In this document: positions 10,192-19,765 of the stretch, piece by piece
Layout of the letters: every line of letters begins with the position of its first letter
How positions within the stretch are numbered: the stretch's first letter is position 1
Assembly (NCBI GenBank): GCA_902767565.1
Contig: CACXHY010000001.1
Coordinates: 166,217 to 230,216 of the forward strand
DNA from: an uncultured Eubacteriales bacterium
GTDB taxonomy: Bacteria > Bacillota > Clostridia > Christensenellales > Aristaeellaceae
Reading direction: 5' to 3'
Length of the DNA stretch: 64,000 nucleotides
Position numbers and translations under genes: made by a program
The notes under the pieces: generated by a model
What the model saw: only the letters and a program-made list of their open reading frames with translations
Databases searched by the model: none
Told to the model about the DNA's origin: nothing

Positions 10192-11571
10192 ATGGTGTTC
10201 AGTTCGTTCACCTTTCTGCTGCTGTTCATGCCCCTGACGCTGCTCGGCTGCCGTCTGCTGCCGGGCAAGGCTCGGATGCCCTTCCTGTTTGCGGCATCCC
10301 TGCTTTTTTATGGCTGGGGCTCTCCCCTGTGGCTGCTCCTGCTGTTCTGGTGCATGCTGGTCTCCTGGGCCGGCACCCTGCTGATGATGCGGGGAGGACG
10401 CCGGCGGCGCTGGTGTCTGGTGCTGATGATCGTGCTGGACCTGCTGCCCCTGTTCTGGTTCAAATACGCCGGCTTTTTCCGGGACACCGTCCAGTCCCTC
10501 ACCGGCTGGAATGCCTTTGAGGCCCTGAGCGGCCTGCTGGGCACGGAGGTGGTCACGCCCATCCTCCCGGCGGGCATTTCCTTCTTTACCTTTCAGGCCA
10601 TTTCCTACATCATCGATGTCTGGCGGGGAGACGCGGGAGCGCAGCGCAGTCCCGTTGTGTTCGGCGTCTATCTCTCGCTTTTCCCCCAGCTGGTGGCCGG
10701 CCCCATCGTGCGCTATTCCGATCTGGAAGCCCAGCTGCTGAGCCATCCGCGTCCCACCTGGGAGCAGATGCGATCCGGCCTGCGCCGCTTCTTTGTCGGT
10801 CTGGGCAAAAAGGTCCTGCTGGCCGACGCCCTGGGCCGCTTCTGGGGGCAGATGAACGGCGACCTGGCGTCGGCGGGAGCGCTCGGCGCATGGGCAGGCC
10901 TGCTGGCCTTCTCCTTTCAGATCTATTTCGACTTCTCCGGTTATTCCGACATGGCGCTGGGCCTGGGCGAAGCGCTGGGCTTCATCATGCCCGAAAACTT
11001 CCTGCATCCCTACCGCGCCATGAGTCTGACCGCTTTCTGGCGGCGCTGGCATGTCTCTCTCACCACCTGGTTCCGTGAGTATGTGTACATCCCTCTGGGC
11101 GGCAACCGCCGGGGCCCATGGCGCAGAGACCTGAACGTGATGATCGTGTGGGCGCTGACGGGCCTGTGGCACGGGGCAGGATGGCATTTCGTGCTGTGGG
11201 GCGTGTACTTCGGCGTCCTGCTGATCCTGGAGAAACGTTTCCTGATCGACACGGGCCGGATGGAGCGCATCCCGAAGCCGTTGCGGCACGTGCTGACTTT
11301 TCTTCTGGTGATGATGGGCTGGGGACTGTTCTCCGGCTTCGGCACTGCCCTGTTCGGGGCGATGTTCGGCTCTGCCGGCTGGGGCTCCGCCGCGGCGCAG
11401 CTGGCCTGCCTCGCCCACGTGCCCCTGCTGCTGTTCTGCTGTGTGATCTCTTTTGCGCCGAAGCTGCCGGACGTGAAAGCCTGGCGCTTCGCGGCCCCCG
11501 TGCTGGCCGTGCTGTGCTTGGCGGCGCTGGCGGCCCAGGGGTACGCTCCCTTCGTCTACTTTGCGTTCTGA
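10192..11571 (+). CDS. MBOAT family O-acyltransferase (DltB/AlgI-like)
   Basis: Multi-TM protein; the conserved His-containing region (WRRWHVSLTTWFREYVYIPLGGNRRG) is typical of membrane-bound O-acyltransferases. Confidence 0.85.
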   Translation: MVFSSFTFLLLFMPLTLLGCRLLPGKARMPFLFAASLLFYGWGSPLWLLLLFWCMLVSWAGTLLMMRGGRRRRWCLVLMIVLDLLPLFWFKYAGFFRDTVQSLTGWNAFEALSGLLGTEVVTPILPAGISFFTFQAISYIIDVWRGDAGAQRSPVVFGVYLSLFPQLVAGPIVRYSDLEAQLLSHPRPTWEQMRSGLRRFFVGLGKKVLLADALGRFWGQMNGDLASAGALGAWAGLLAFSFQIYFDFSGYSDMALGLGEALGFIMPENFLHPYRAMSLTAFWRRWHVSLTTWFREYVYIPLGGNRRGPWRRDLNVMIVWALTGLWHGAGWHFVLWGVYFGVLLILEKRFLIDTGRMERIPKPLRHVLTFLLVMMGWGLFSGFGTALFGAMFGSAGWGSAAAQLACLAHVPLLLFCCVISFAPKLPDVKAWRFAAPVLAVLCLAALAAQGYAPFVYFAF

Positions 11572-11584
11572 GGAGGCTGACGGT

Positions 11585-12718
11585 ATGAAACATGAAAGAC
11601 GTCTGCGCCTCCCCGACGGGGCAGCGGTCACGGCGGGGCTGCTGATCCTGCTGGTCTTCGGCGTGATGGCGGCGCTCGGCTGGGGCGGGACCTTTTCCGA
11701 GCGGGAGAACCGCAACCTGGCACCTGTGCCCGATACGCCCGACCCGGTCAACTGGAATACCGACAAGCAGGTGGAGAGTTATCTCACCGACCACATCCCT
11801 TTCCGCCAGGTCCTGGTGGCGGCGGACAGCGCGGGGCTGTACCTCACGGGGCGCAATTCTCAGCTGAACACCTGGCTGGCGGGCGGCGCGCTGGTGGAGC
11901 GGCCCGTGCAGACGGACGAGCTGTCCCTCCGCGACACGGAGCGCCGGCTGGGCCGTCTGGGCAGTTTCGCGGAAAAGGCCGGCGTCCCCTGGTACATCCT
12001 CACGCCGCCCACCCACGGCAGCCTGACGACAGCCCGCATGTCGCCGCTCATGGCGGCGCAGTACGCGCAGGAGGCGGACATCCACGCGCTGGTGGATGCC
12101 ACGGGTCACCGGGTGGACATGCCGGAGTCCTTCGCGGCCGACCCCGACACCATGTATTACCGCACGGATCACCACTGGACGCTGGCAGGCGCTTACCAGG
12201 CCTACGTGGCGCTGGGGGATGCCCTGGGCTATGCGCCTCTGCCGCTGAACGGCTTCCGGATCACGGAGTACGCCGGTTTCCGCGGCACCACCCTGTCCCG
12301 CTCCGGTCTGCCGTCCCTGTGGTCCGACACGCTGGTCTGCGCGGAGCCCGACAGCCCTGTCACCCTGACCGTGACCGACGGGGACAGCACGGTCACATGG
12401 GATCACCTGATCTTCCCCGAGGACGCCGCCACCTATGACGGCTACGCGGTCTACCTGCACGGGAACCACGGGCTGCTGATCATCGAGCGCCCCGACGCGC
12501 CGGAGGGCACCCTGGTGGTGTTCCGGGATTCCTTCGCCAGCTGCCTGCTGCCCATGCTCAGCCAGCATTACCGCCGGGTCATCGCCGTGGACGCCCGCTA
12601 CTACACCGGCGTTTTCTCCGATGCTCTGGCCGTGAGCGATGACACCGCCGCCATCCTGTATGTGTATTCCCTGGACAGCCTGGTGAACGGCAGTTACATC
12701 ACCCGGAAGGCACGGTAA
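11585..12718 (+). CDS. DHHW family protein (AlgX/AlgJ-like SGNH fold, MBOAT partner)
   Basis: Literal DHHW motif (YYRTDHHWTLAG); N-terminal TM anchor; RBS GAGGAGG before ATG 11585. Confidence 0.8.
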   Translation: MKHERRLRLPDGAAVTAGLLILLVFGVMAALGWGGTFSERENRNLAPVPDTPDPVNWNTDKQVESYLTDHIPFRQVLVAADSAGLYLTGRNSQLNTWLAGGALVERPVQTDELSLRDTERRLGRLGSFAEKAGVPWYILTPPTHGSLTTARMSPLMAAQYAQEADIHALVDATGHRVDMPESFAADPDTMYYRTDHHWTLAGAYQAYVALGDALGYAPLPLNGFRITEYAGFRGTTLSRSGLPSLWSDTLVCAEPDSPVTLTVTDGDSTVTWDHLIFPEDAATYDGYAVYLHGNHGLLIIERPDAPEGTLVVFRDSFASCLLPMLSQHYRRVIAVDARYYTGVFSDALAVSDDTAAILYVYSLDSLVNGSYITRKAR

Positions 12719-12881
12719 CCGTTTCATGGACCGGCAGGCGCATCGCCTGCCTTTTTGCGCCGCGACACAGGCGCTCGGGCCGAACGGCGCCTGGTCCCGC
12801 ATTGCATACTCCGGTCTGTTTTTGCTTGCGTTTGAGCGTCGCTTGTGATATCATTCTCCGCGAACGAAAGGGGTGTTTTTC

Positions 12882-14666
12882 ATGCGAAAGCAGCTGACGG
12901 ATCTGCGCGCGGTCATGCGGGAGAACCATGTGGACTGGGTGCTGGTGCCCACCGACGACTTCCATGCCTCCGAATACGTGGGATCCTATTTCAAGAGCCG
13001 CACCTTCCTGACGGGTTTCACAGGCAGCGCCGGCGTGGCGCTGGCGGGAAAGGACTGGGCCGGTCTGTGGACGGACGGCCGCTATTTCCTGCAGGCAGGC
13101 ATGCAGCTGGAGGGTTCCGGCTTTGAGCTGATGAAGATGGGCGAAAAGGACGTGCCCACGATCCCCCGGTATCTGGAAAAGCACCTGAAAGCCGGGGACG
13201 TGCTCTCCTTCGACGGCCGCACCGTCACCGCGAAGCAGGCCGCTGCCTACCGCGAGATCTGCGGGAAGGCCGGCGCGACGCTGCGCACGGATCTGGACCT
13301 GGTCGGGAGCATCTGGACGGATCGCCCGGCCCTCTCCGCCGAGCCGGTGTTCGAGCTGGACGTGGCCTGGACCGGAAAGAGCCGCACCGACAAGCTGGCG
13401 GAGATCCGCGGGGCGCTGCGCGATGAGGGAGCGGATGCCCTGGTGCTGTCCTCCCTGATGGACATCTGCTGGCTGCTGAACATCCGGGGCAACGACGTCA
13501 CCAGTACCCCGGTGGTGCTCAGCTATATGATCCTCACCCAGGCGGAAGCCCGGCTGTTCATCAATCGCGCCGTGCTGTCGGACGAGATCCTCGGCCGTCT
13601 GGAAAAGGACGGCGTGTCGATCGAGCGGTATGAGGACATTCTTCCCGCCGTGGCGAAGCTGCCCGCCGGGGCGAGGGTGTGGGCGGACCTGCGCACGGTG
13701 AACTCCGCCATTGAGGACGCGCTGCCCGAGGGCGTTACCGTTATCGACAAGCAGAACCCCACGGTGGTCCCCAAGGCCTGCAAGAACCCCACCGAGGTGG
13801 CCAATTTCCGTCAGGCTCACGTCAGGGACGGCGTGGCCGTCACCCGCTTCATCCACTGGCTGAAACACACCGTCGGCAAAGAACCCGTCACCGAGCTCAG
13901 CGCGGCCGCGAAACTGGAAACCTTCCGGGAAGCCCAGGAGCACTACATCGAGCCCAGCTTCTCTCCCATCATCGGCTACGGACCTCACGGAGCCATCATC
14001 CACTACGGCGCGACGGAGGAGAGCGATGTGCCGCTGGAGCCCCGCGGCTTCCTGCTGGCCGATACCGGCGGACACTATCTGGAGGGCACCACCGACATCA
14101 CCCGCACCATCGCCCTGGGGCCGCTGACCGAAGAGGAGAAGCGCATGTATACGCTGGTCCTCCGCAGCCACCTGCAGCTCGGCGCCGTCCGGTTCAAATA
14201 CGGATGCACCGGCCTGAACCTGGACTATGCGGCCAGGGCGCCCTTCTGGAAGGAAGGCCTGGACTACAACCACGGCACCGGCCACGGCGTGGGCTATGTG
14301 CTGGGCGTGCACGAGGGTCCCCAGAGCTTCCGCTGGCGCAGCGCCGGCACGGAACCCGCGGCCGTGCTGGAACCCGGCATGATCACCAGCGACGAGCCCG
14401 GCATCTATCTGGAGGGCAAGTTCGGCGTCCGCATCGAAAACCTGACGGTGGTGTGCGAGAGCGGCGAGACGGAGTACGGCCGCTTCCTGCACACGGAGCA
14501 TCTGACCATGGTGCCCTATGAACTGGACGCCGTGGAGCCTTCCCTGATGACCGCCGAGGAACGGGAACTGCTGAACGCCTATCATCGCCGTGTGCGCGAA
14601 GTCCTCACGCCCTTCCTGCCCGCGGAGGAAGCGGAATGGCTGAAGGAAGCCACCCGCGAGATCTGA
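12882..14666 (+). CDS. Xaa-Pro aminopeptidase (M24B, aminopeptidase P, long form with creatinase-like N-domains)
   Basis: Metal ligands HGTGHGVG, EPGIY and ENL are present; 594 aa; RBS AAAGGGG before ATG 12882. Confidence 0.85.
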   Translation: MRKQLTDLRAVMRENHVDWVLVPTDDFHASEYVGSYFKSRTFLTGFTGSAGVALAGKDWAGLWTDGRYFLQAGMQLEGSGFELMKMGEKDVPTIPRYLEKHLKAGDVLSFDGRTVTAKQAAAYREICGKAGATLRTDLDLVGSIWTDRPALSAEPVFELDVAWTGKSRTDKLAEIRGALRDEGADALVLSSLMDICWLLNIRGNDVTSTPVVLSYMILTQAEARLFINRAVLSDEILGRLEKDGVSIERYEDILPAVAKLPAGARVWADLRTVNSAIEDALPEGVTVIDKQNPTVVPKACKNPTEVANFRQAHVRDGVAVTRFIHWLKHTVGKEPVTELSAAAKLETFREAQEHYIEPSFSPIIGYGPHGAIIHYGATEESDVPLEPRGFLLADTGGHYLEGTTDITRTIALGPLTEEEKRMYTLVLRSHLQLGAVRFKYGCTGLNLDYAARAPFWKEGLDYNHGTGHGVGYVLGVHEGPQSFRWRSAGTEPAAVLEPGMITSDEPGIYLEGKFGVRIENLTVVCESGETEYGRFLHTEHLTMVPYELDAVEPSLMTAEERELLNAYHRRVREVLTPFLPAEEAEWLKEATREI

Positions 14667-14702
14667 AGCCCGAACCCACCCTGACATACGGGAGGAACGC
14701 CC

Positions 14703-15392
14703 ATGCGCAAGGGAGACGAATCCAAACAGCAGATCATTCGCGCCGCCGAGCGCCTGTTCTGCGCCAACGGCTTTGATGAGACCAGCGTGCAGCGCATCCT
14801 TGAGGAGGTCCACGGCAGCAAGGGCGGCTTCTACCACCACTTTGCCAGCAAGGAAGACCTCCTGCGGGCCATCTGCATGCAGCGCGCGGAAGCCGCGGCT
14901 TCCCGGGTGCTCAACGAGGTCAGCGAGCCCGATCCCCTTCGGCAGCTGGACCGGCTGCTCGGCGCCGTGATGCCCTTCTCGAAGGACGACCTGGTCTTCA
15001 TGGGCATGCTGATCCCCATCCTGGACCGCCCCGAGAGCACCCCCGTCCGGGTGGGTTATCAGGACGCGCTGGCAGCGGCCTTCGGACCCATGGTGCAGGG
15101 CTGCATCGAGGAGACGGCCGCCGACGGTACGCTGATGCCCGCAGATCCGAATATCACCGCGCCGGTCATGACCCTGCTGAACGCCTGCTGGTATGATACG
15201 GCGCTCCTGCTGCTGAAGAATATCAGGGAGGGGCGGCCCACCGACCCTTCGGCCCTGCTGGAGCGGCTGACCACCTGCCGCCGTTGCCTGGAGGTGCTGC
15301 TGGACGCGCCTTACGGCAGCCTGACCCTCGTTTCCCTGGAGGACTGGGCGGTTTTTGCCGAGGGCATTGCCCGTCAGATCCGGCGGCAGTAG
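14703..15392 (+). CDS. TetR/AcrR family transcriptional regulator
   Basis: N-terminal HTH (IIRAAERLFCANGFDETSVQRILEEVHGSKGGFYHHFASKEDLL). Confidence 0.85.
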   Translation: MRKGDESKQQIIRAAERLFCANGFDETSVQRILEEVHGSKGGFYHHFASKEDLLRAICMQRAEAAASRVLNEVSEPDPLRQLDRLLGAVMPFSKDDLVFMGMLIPILDRPESTPVRVGYQDALAAAFGPMVQGCIEETAADGTLMPADPNITAPVMTLLNACWYDTALLLLKNIREGRPTDPSALLERLTTCRRCLEVLLDAPYGSLTLVSLEDWAVFAEGIARQIRRQ

Positions 15393-15464
15393 CCGTTTCC
15401 ATCACCCGATTTCCGCACGGAGCGCGCCTCCGCGGGCACGCTCCCGCCAATGAAAGGATCCCGT

Positions 15465-17471
15465 ATGAAAGCGCTGATTCTGAACGCCGGCCTGGGCTCC
15501 CGCATGGGCAGCCTGACCGCTGAGCACCCCAAGTGCATGACCGAGATCGCCCCCGCGGAGACCATCCTCTCCCGTCAGCTCCGCCAGCTTTGCGATGCGG
15601 GCATCACGGATGTGATCATGGCGACGGGCTATTATCATGATGTGCTGACCGCGTACTGCGAAAGCCTGGGGCTGCCCCTGCGCGTCACCTTTGTGCGGAA
15701 TCCCCGTTTTCGCGAGACCAACTACATCTACAGCATCTACTGCGCCCGCGAGCTGCTGGACGACGACCTCCTGCTGATGCACGGCGACCTGGTCTTCGAG
15801 AACGAAGCCCTGGACCGCATCCTCGCCCACGAGGGCAGCTGCATGGCGGTGTCCTCCACCCTCCCCCTGCCGGAGAAGGATTTCAAGGCGGTCGTCGCGG
15901 ACGGAAAAGTCCTCAGGGTCGGCGTGAACTTCTTCACCGATGCCATGGAGGCCCAGGCCCTGTACAAGCTGCGCCGGGAGGACTGGCGGATCTGGCTGGA
16001 CAGCATTGCCGCCTTCTGCGAGGCAGGCCGGGACACGGTCTACGCCGAGGATGCCCTGAACGCGCTGGACGGCGCGGCCAACATCGGCGCGGCTGACCTG
16101 CAGAACCTGCTGTGCGCCGAGATCGACAACGCGGAAGATCTGGCGGTGGTGAAGGCCCGGCTCCGGGAGGTGGAACGCCGCACGGTCTATGTCTGCTTCG
16201 CCACCGATGTGCTGCACGCCGGGCATTTTGCCATTCTGGAAAAGGCCCGGCGTCTCGGCCATGTGACCGTGGGCGTGATGAGCGACGAGGCCGTGGCCAC
16301 CTACAAGCGTTTCCCCCTGGTGAACGAAGCCGACCGGGTCGCGATGTTCCGCAACGTGGTGGGCGTGGAGCGCGTGGTGGTGCAAAAGACCCTCAGTTAC
16401 AGGGAGAATCTGGAAAAGTACCGCCCGGACATCGTGGTCCACGGGGACGACTGGCGCAGCGGCATCCAGAAGCCCATCCGGGACGAGGTGGTATCCGTAC
16501 TGGCCTCTTACGGCGGGCGCCTGGTGGAATTCCCCTACGCCCGGGATGAGCAGCACGCCGCCCTGGACAAGCGCCTGAACGCGGAGCTGGGCACCCCGGA
16601 CGTCCGCCGGGGGCGGCTGCGCCGGGTGCTGGCCATGAAGGGCCTGGTCACCGCCATGGAGGCCCACTCCGGCCTCACCGGGCTGATCGTCGAAAAGACC
16701 GTGGTGGCCGAGAACGGCGGCGTGCGCCAGTTCGACGCCATGTGGATCTCCTCCCTGTGCGATTCCACCGCCAAGGGCAAGCCGGACATCGAGCTGGTGG
16801 ACATGACCTCCCGTTTCCGCACCATCGACGACATCATGGAGGTCACCACCAAGCCCATCATCTTCGACGGCGACACCGGCGGGCTGACGGAGCACTTCGT
16901 CTACACCGTGCGCTCTCTGGAACGGATGGGCGTCTCCATGGTCATCATCGAGGATAAGACCGGCCTGAAGAAGAACAGCCTCTTCGGGACGGAGGTGCCC
17001 CAGACCCAGGAGAGCATCGAAAACTTCTGCGCCAAGATCCGTGCCGGCAAGGCTGCCCAGAAGACCCGGGAGTTCATGATCTGCGCCCGCATCGAAAGCC
17101 TGATCCTGGAGCGCGGCATGGAGGACGCCCTCACCCGGGCCTTCGCCTTTGCGGAAGCCGGGGCCGACGCCGTCATGATCCACAGCCGCAAAAAGGATCC
17201 CGCCGAGATCTTCGAATTCATCGAGAAGTTCCGGGCGAAGGACGGCACGACCCCCATCGTGCTGGTGCCCACCTCCTTCAACACCGTGTATGAGGAGGAG
17301 TTCAAGGAGCGCGGCGCCAACATCATCATTTACGCCAACCATCTCACCCGCACGGGCTTCCCTGCCATGCAGGACGCGGCGCAGACCATCCTGCGCAGTC
17401 ACCGCGCGAAGGAATGCGATGACAAGTGCATGTCCATCAAGGACATCATCACCCTGATCCCGGAGGAGTGA
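15465..17471 (+). CDS. pepM: tri-domain phosphonate biosynthesis protein: LicC/PntC-like nucleotidyltransferase + HxGH cytidylyltransferase + phosphoenolpyruvate mutase (PepM)
   Basis: aa 1-~230 carry the GxGxR-type motif (MKALILNAGLGSRMG) of sugar/choline-phosphate nucleotidyltransferases. aa ~240-380 carry HxGH (VYVCFATDVLHAGHF), as in GCT/Fom1-type cytidylyltransferases. aa ~390-669 carry the PepM hallmark IIEDKTGLKKNSLFG (EDK-x5-NS) and LRRVLAMKGLVTAMEAHSGLTGLIVE. RBS GAAAGGA before ATG 15465. Confidence 0.8.
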   Translation: MKALILNAGLGSRMGSLTAEHPKCMTEIAPAETILSRQLRQLCDAGITDVIMATGYYHDVLTAYCESLGLPLRVTFVRNPRFRETNYIYSIYCARELLDDDLLLMHGDLVFENEALDRILAHEGSCMAVSSTLPLPEKDFKAVVADGKVLRVGVNFFTDAMEAQALYKLRREDWRIWLDSIAAFCEAGRDTVYAEDALNALDGAANIGAADLQNLLCAEIDNAEDLAVVKARLREVERRTVYVCFATDVLHAGHFAILEKARRLGHVTVGVMSDEAVATYKRFPLVNEADRVAMFRNVVGVERVVVQKTLSYRENLEKYRPDIVVHGDDWRSGIQKPIRDEVVSVLASYGGRLVEFPYARDEQHAALDKRLNAELGTPDVRRGRLRRVLAMKGLVTAMEAHSGLTGLIVEKTVVAENGGVRQFDAMWISSLCDSTAKGKPDIELVDMTSRFRTIDDIMEVTTKPIIFDGDTGGLTEHFVYTVRSLERMGVSMVIIEDKTGLKKNSLFGTEVPQTQESIENFCAKIRAGKAAQKTREFMICARIESLILERGMEDALTRAFAFAEAGADAVMIHSRKKDPAEIFEFIEKFRAKDGTTPIVLVPTSFNTVYEEEFKERGANIIIYANHLTRTGFPAMQDAAQTILRSHRAKECDDKCMSIKDIITLIPEE

Positions 17472-17474
17472 CCC

Positions 17475-18581
17475 ATGACACAGCGGATCCTGACACCCAA
17501 CGGACATTACCGCGAACTGGATGAAGCGCTTCGTGACCTGGGCGTCACCCGGCTGCTGCTGGTATGCGACGGGGCCTGGGAGCACCTCGACATCCGGCAT
17601 TGGGCAGAAGAACTCCGGGATGTGACCGTGACCTTCTTCCGGGACTTTCAGCCCAACCCCCGGTACGAGTCCGTCGCCGCCGGCGTGCGGTGCTTCCGGG
17701 AGGCGGACGCGCAGGCGATCTTCGCGGCGGGCGGAGGCTCGGCCATGGACGTGGCCAAATGCATCAAGCTTTTCTGCCGGATGGATGCGGGGCGCAATTA
17801 CCTGGATCAGCCCATCGTTCCCAACGATGTGCCGCTGATCGCCATGCCCACCACCGCGGGCACCGGCTCCGAGGCCACCCGTTATGCCGTCATCTACCGG
17901 GACGGCGAAAAGCAGTCCGTGACCCACGACAGTATCGTCCCCTCGGTGGTGCTGATGGATCCGAGCGCGCTGCGCATGCTGCCACCCTACCAGAGAAAAG
18001 CCACCATGCTGGACGCTCTCTGCCACGCGGTCGAATCCTGCTGGTCGGTCCACAGCACCGACGAGAGCCGCACATACGCGAGGGAGGCCATTTCTCTTGT
18101 GACGGCCCATATGCCGGGCTATCTCGCCAACGCGGAGGAGGGCAACGCGGGCATGCTGCGGGCAGCCAACACCGCGGGCAAAGCCATCAACATCACCCAG
18201 ACCACAGCCGGCCACGCCATGTGCTACAAGCTCACCAGCCTGTATGGCCTTGCCCACGGCCATGCCGCTGCCCTGTGCAACCGGGCGCTGTTTCCCTGGA
18301 TGCTGGCGCACCCGGAGCGCTGCACGGATCCGCGGGGGCCGGAGCACCTGCAGGCCGCGCTTCGGGACATCGCGTCCGCCATGAGCTGCGAAGCCCCGGA
18401 ACAGGCGGCGGACAAGCTGGATCGGCTGGTGCGGGATCTCGGCCTGAGCGTCCCCTCCCCCGCTCCGGAAGACTTTGACACGCTGGTCCGCTCGGTCAAC
18501 CCGGTGCGGCTGAAGAATTTCCCGATGAGGCTCGGGGAGGACGACATCACGGCGCTGTATCACCGCATCCTCCGGGCCTGA
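17475..18581 (+). CDS. iron-containing (group III) alcohol dehydrogenase, probable phosphonoacetaldehyde reductase (PhpC/FomC-like)
   Basis: Fe-ADH family motifs (GGGSAMDVAK, metal His cluster HAMCYKL...HGHA); sits between pepM and ppd; translationally coupled (GGAGGAG overlaps the pepM stop). Confidence 0.7.
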   Translation: MTQRILTPNGHYRELDEALRDLGVTRLLLVCDGAWEHLDIRHWAEELRDVTVTFFRDFQPNPRYESVAAGVRCFREADAQAIFAAGGGSAMDVAKCIKLFCRMDAGRNYLDQPIVPNDVPLIAMPTTAGTGSEATRYAVIYRDGEKQSVTHDSIVPSVVLMDPSALRMLPPYQRKATMLDALCHAVESCWSVHSTDESRTYAREAISLVTAHMPGYLANAEEGNAGMLRAANTAGKAINITQTTAGHAMCYKLTSLYGLAHGHAAALCNRALFPWMLAHPERCTDPRGPEHLQAALRDIASAMSCEAPEQAADKLDRLVRDLGLSVPSPAPEDFDTLVRSVNPVRLKNFPMRLGEDDITALYHRILRA

Positions 18582-18623
18582 GGTCGGTTCCGCGGAACCC
18601 ATTCACCGAGAAGAGGCGATATC

Positions 18624-19751
18624 ATGAACGTACAGACCTTCCTGCGGATCCTCGGCGCCGACTTCTACACCGGTGTGCCGGACAGCCAGCTGAAAGCCCT
18701 GTGCAACGCGCTGATGGCTGCCTACGGCATCGACCCGCGGCACCATGTGATCGCGGCCAACGAGGGCAACTGCGCCGCCCTGGCCGCGGGCTACCACCTC
18801 GCGACGGGCAGGGTCCCCGTGGTGTACATGCAGAACAGCGGCGAGGGCAACATCATCAATCCCGCGGCTTCCCTGCTGAACGGGAAGGTGTACGCCATCC
18901 CCGTGATTTTCGTGATCGGGTGGCGCGGCGAGCCCGGCGTCCACGACGAGCCCCAGCACATCTGGCAGGGCGAGGTGACCGTCAAGCTGCTGGAGGACAT
19001 GGACATCCCCTCCTTCGTCATCGGGAAGGACACCGCGGACGCCGAGGCGGAGGCGGCCATGGCGGGCTTCCGGGAGGAACTGGCCAAAGGGCGGGACGTG
19101 GCATTCGTCATCCGCAAGGGCGCCCTGACAGACGCCCCGGCCGTGCGCTACGAAAACGCAAACACCATGCTCCGGGAGGATATCATCCGGCATGTCGCCG
19201 CGGTCAGCGGGGATGATCCCGTCGTGTCCACCACAGGCAAGGCCTCCCGGGAACTCTTCGAGATCCGGGAAGCCCGAGGCGAAGGCCACGGGAAGGATTT
19301 CCTGACCGTCGGTTCCATGGGGCACGCCTCGTCCATCGCGCTGGGAGTGGCCCTGCAGAAGCCGGTCACCCGGGTGTGGTGCGTGGACGGCGACGGCGCG
19401 GCCCTGATGCATATGGGCGCCATGGCCGTCATCGGCGCGAACCGGCCCCGGAACCTGATCCATGTGATCATCAACAACGGCGCCCACGAGACCGTCGGCG
19501 GCATGCCCACCGCGGCCTCCCGGATCGATCTGACCGGTGTCGCCGCAGCCTGCGGCTATCCCAGCGCGGTGTGCGTGGACACCTTTGCGGATCTCGACCG
19601 CGAACTCGCGGCCGCCCGGGATCGCGGGGAACTGAGCCTGATCGAGGTGAAATGCGCCATCGGCGCGCGGGAGGACCTGGGCCGCCCGACCACCACCGCC
19701 CTGGAGAACAAACGGCGTTTCATGGAGTATCTTCGGGGGGACGGGGAATAA
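18624..19751 (+). CDS. ppd: phosphonopyruvate decarboxylase (TPP-dependent)
   Basis: N-terminus MNVQTFLRILGADFYTGVPDSQLKAL and ~375 aa length are characteristic of Ppd/AepY; TPP-binding GDG...NN region (VDGDGAALMHMG...IINNGAHET). Confidence 0.8.
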   Translation: MNVQTFLRILGADFYTGVPDSQLKALCNALMAAYGIDPRHHVIAANEGNCAALAAGYHLATGRVPVVYMQNSGEGNIINPAASLLNGKVYAIPVIFVIGWRGEPGVHDEPQHIWQGEVTVKLLEDMDIPSFVIGKDTADAEAEAAMAGFREELAKGRDVAFVIRKGALTDAPAVRYENANTMLREDIIRHVAAVSGDDPVVSTTGKASRELFEIREARGEGHGKDFLTVGSMGHASSIALGVALQKPVTRVWCVDGDGAALMHMGAMAVIGANRPRNLIHVIINNGAHETVGGMPTAASRIDLTGVAAACGYPSAVCVDTFADLDRELAAARDRGELSLIEVKCAIGAREDLGRPTTTALENKRRFMEYLRGDGE

Positions 19752-19765
19752 GACCCTCCGCACGC

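Noticed and set aside
8698-11766. 1022-aa minus-strand ORF spanning the SGNH/DUF4358/MBOAT/DHHW genes
   Set aside because: It is antisense to four well-supported plus-strand genes. The translation is low-complexity (R/G/A/Q/H-rich) with no RBS or domain. This is a typical stop-codon-poor high-GC artefact.
15402-18602. 1066-aa minus-strand ORF antisense to the phosphonate genes. The same applies to other long ORFs: 12699..14840 (-), 25745..27313 (+), 29910..33134 (+, 1074 aa), 4453..5877 (+), 5754..7109 (-), 23067..24449 (-), 58910..60334 (+), 40930..42507 (-), 18603..19763 (-).
   Set aside because: All are the opposite strand of genes with clear homology-type signatures and proper RBS/start context. 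Their amino-acid compositions are Arg/Gly/Ala/Pro-rich and repetitive. They are not independent genes.
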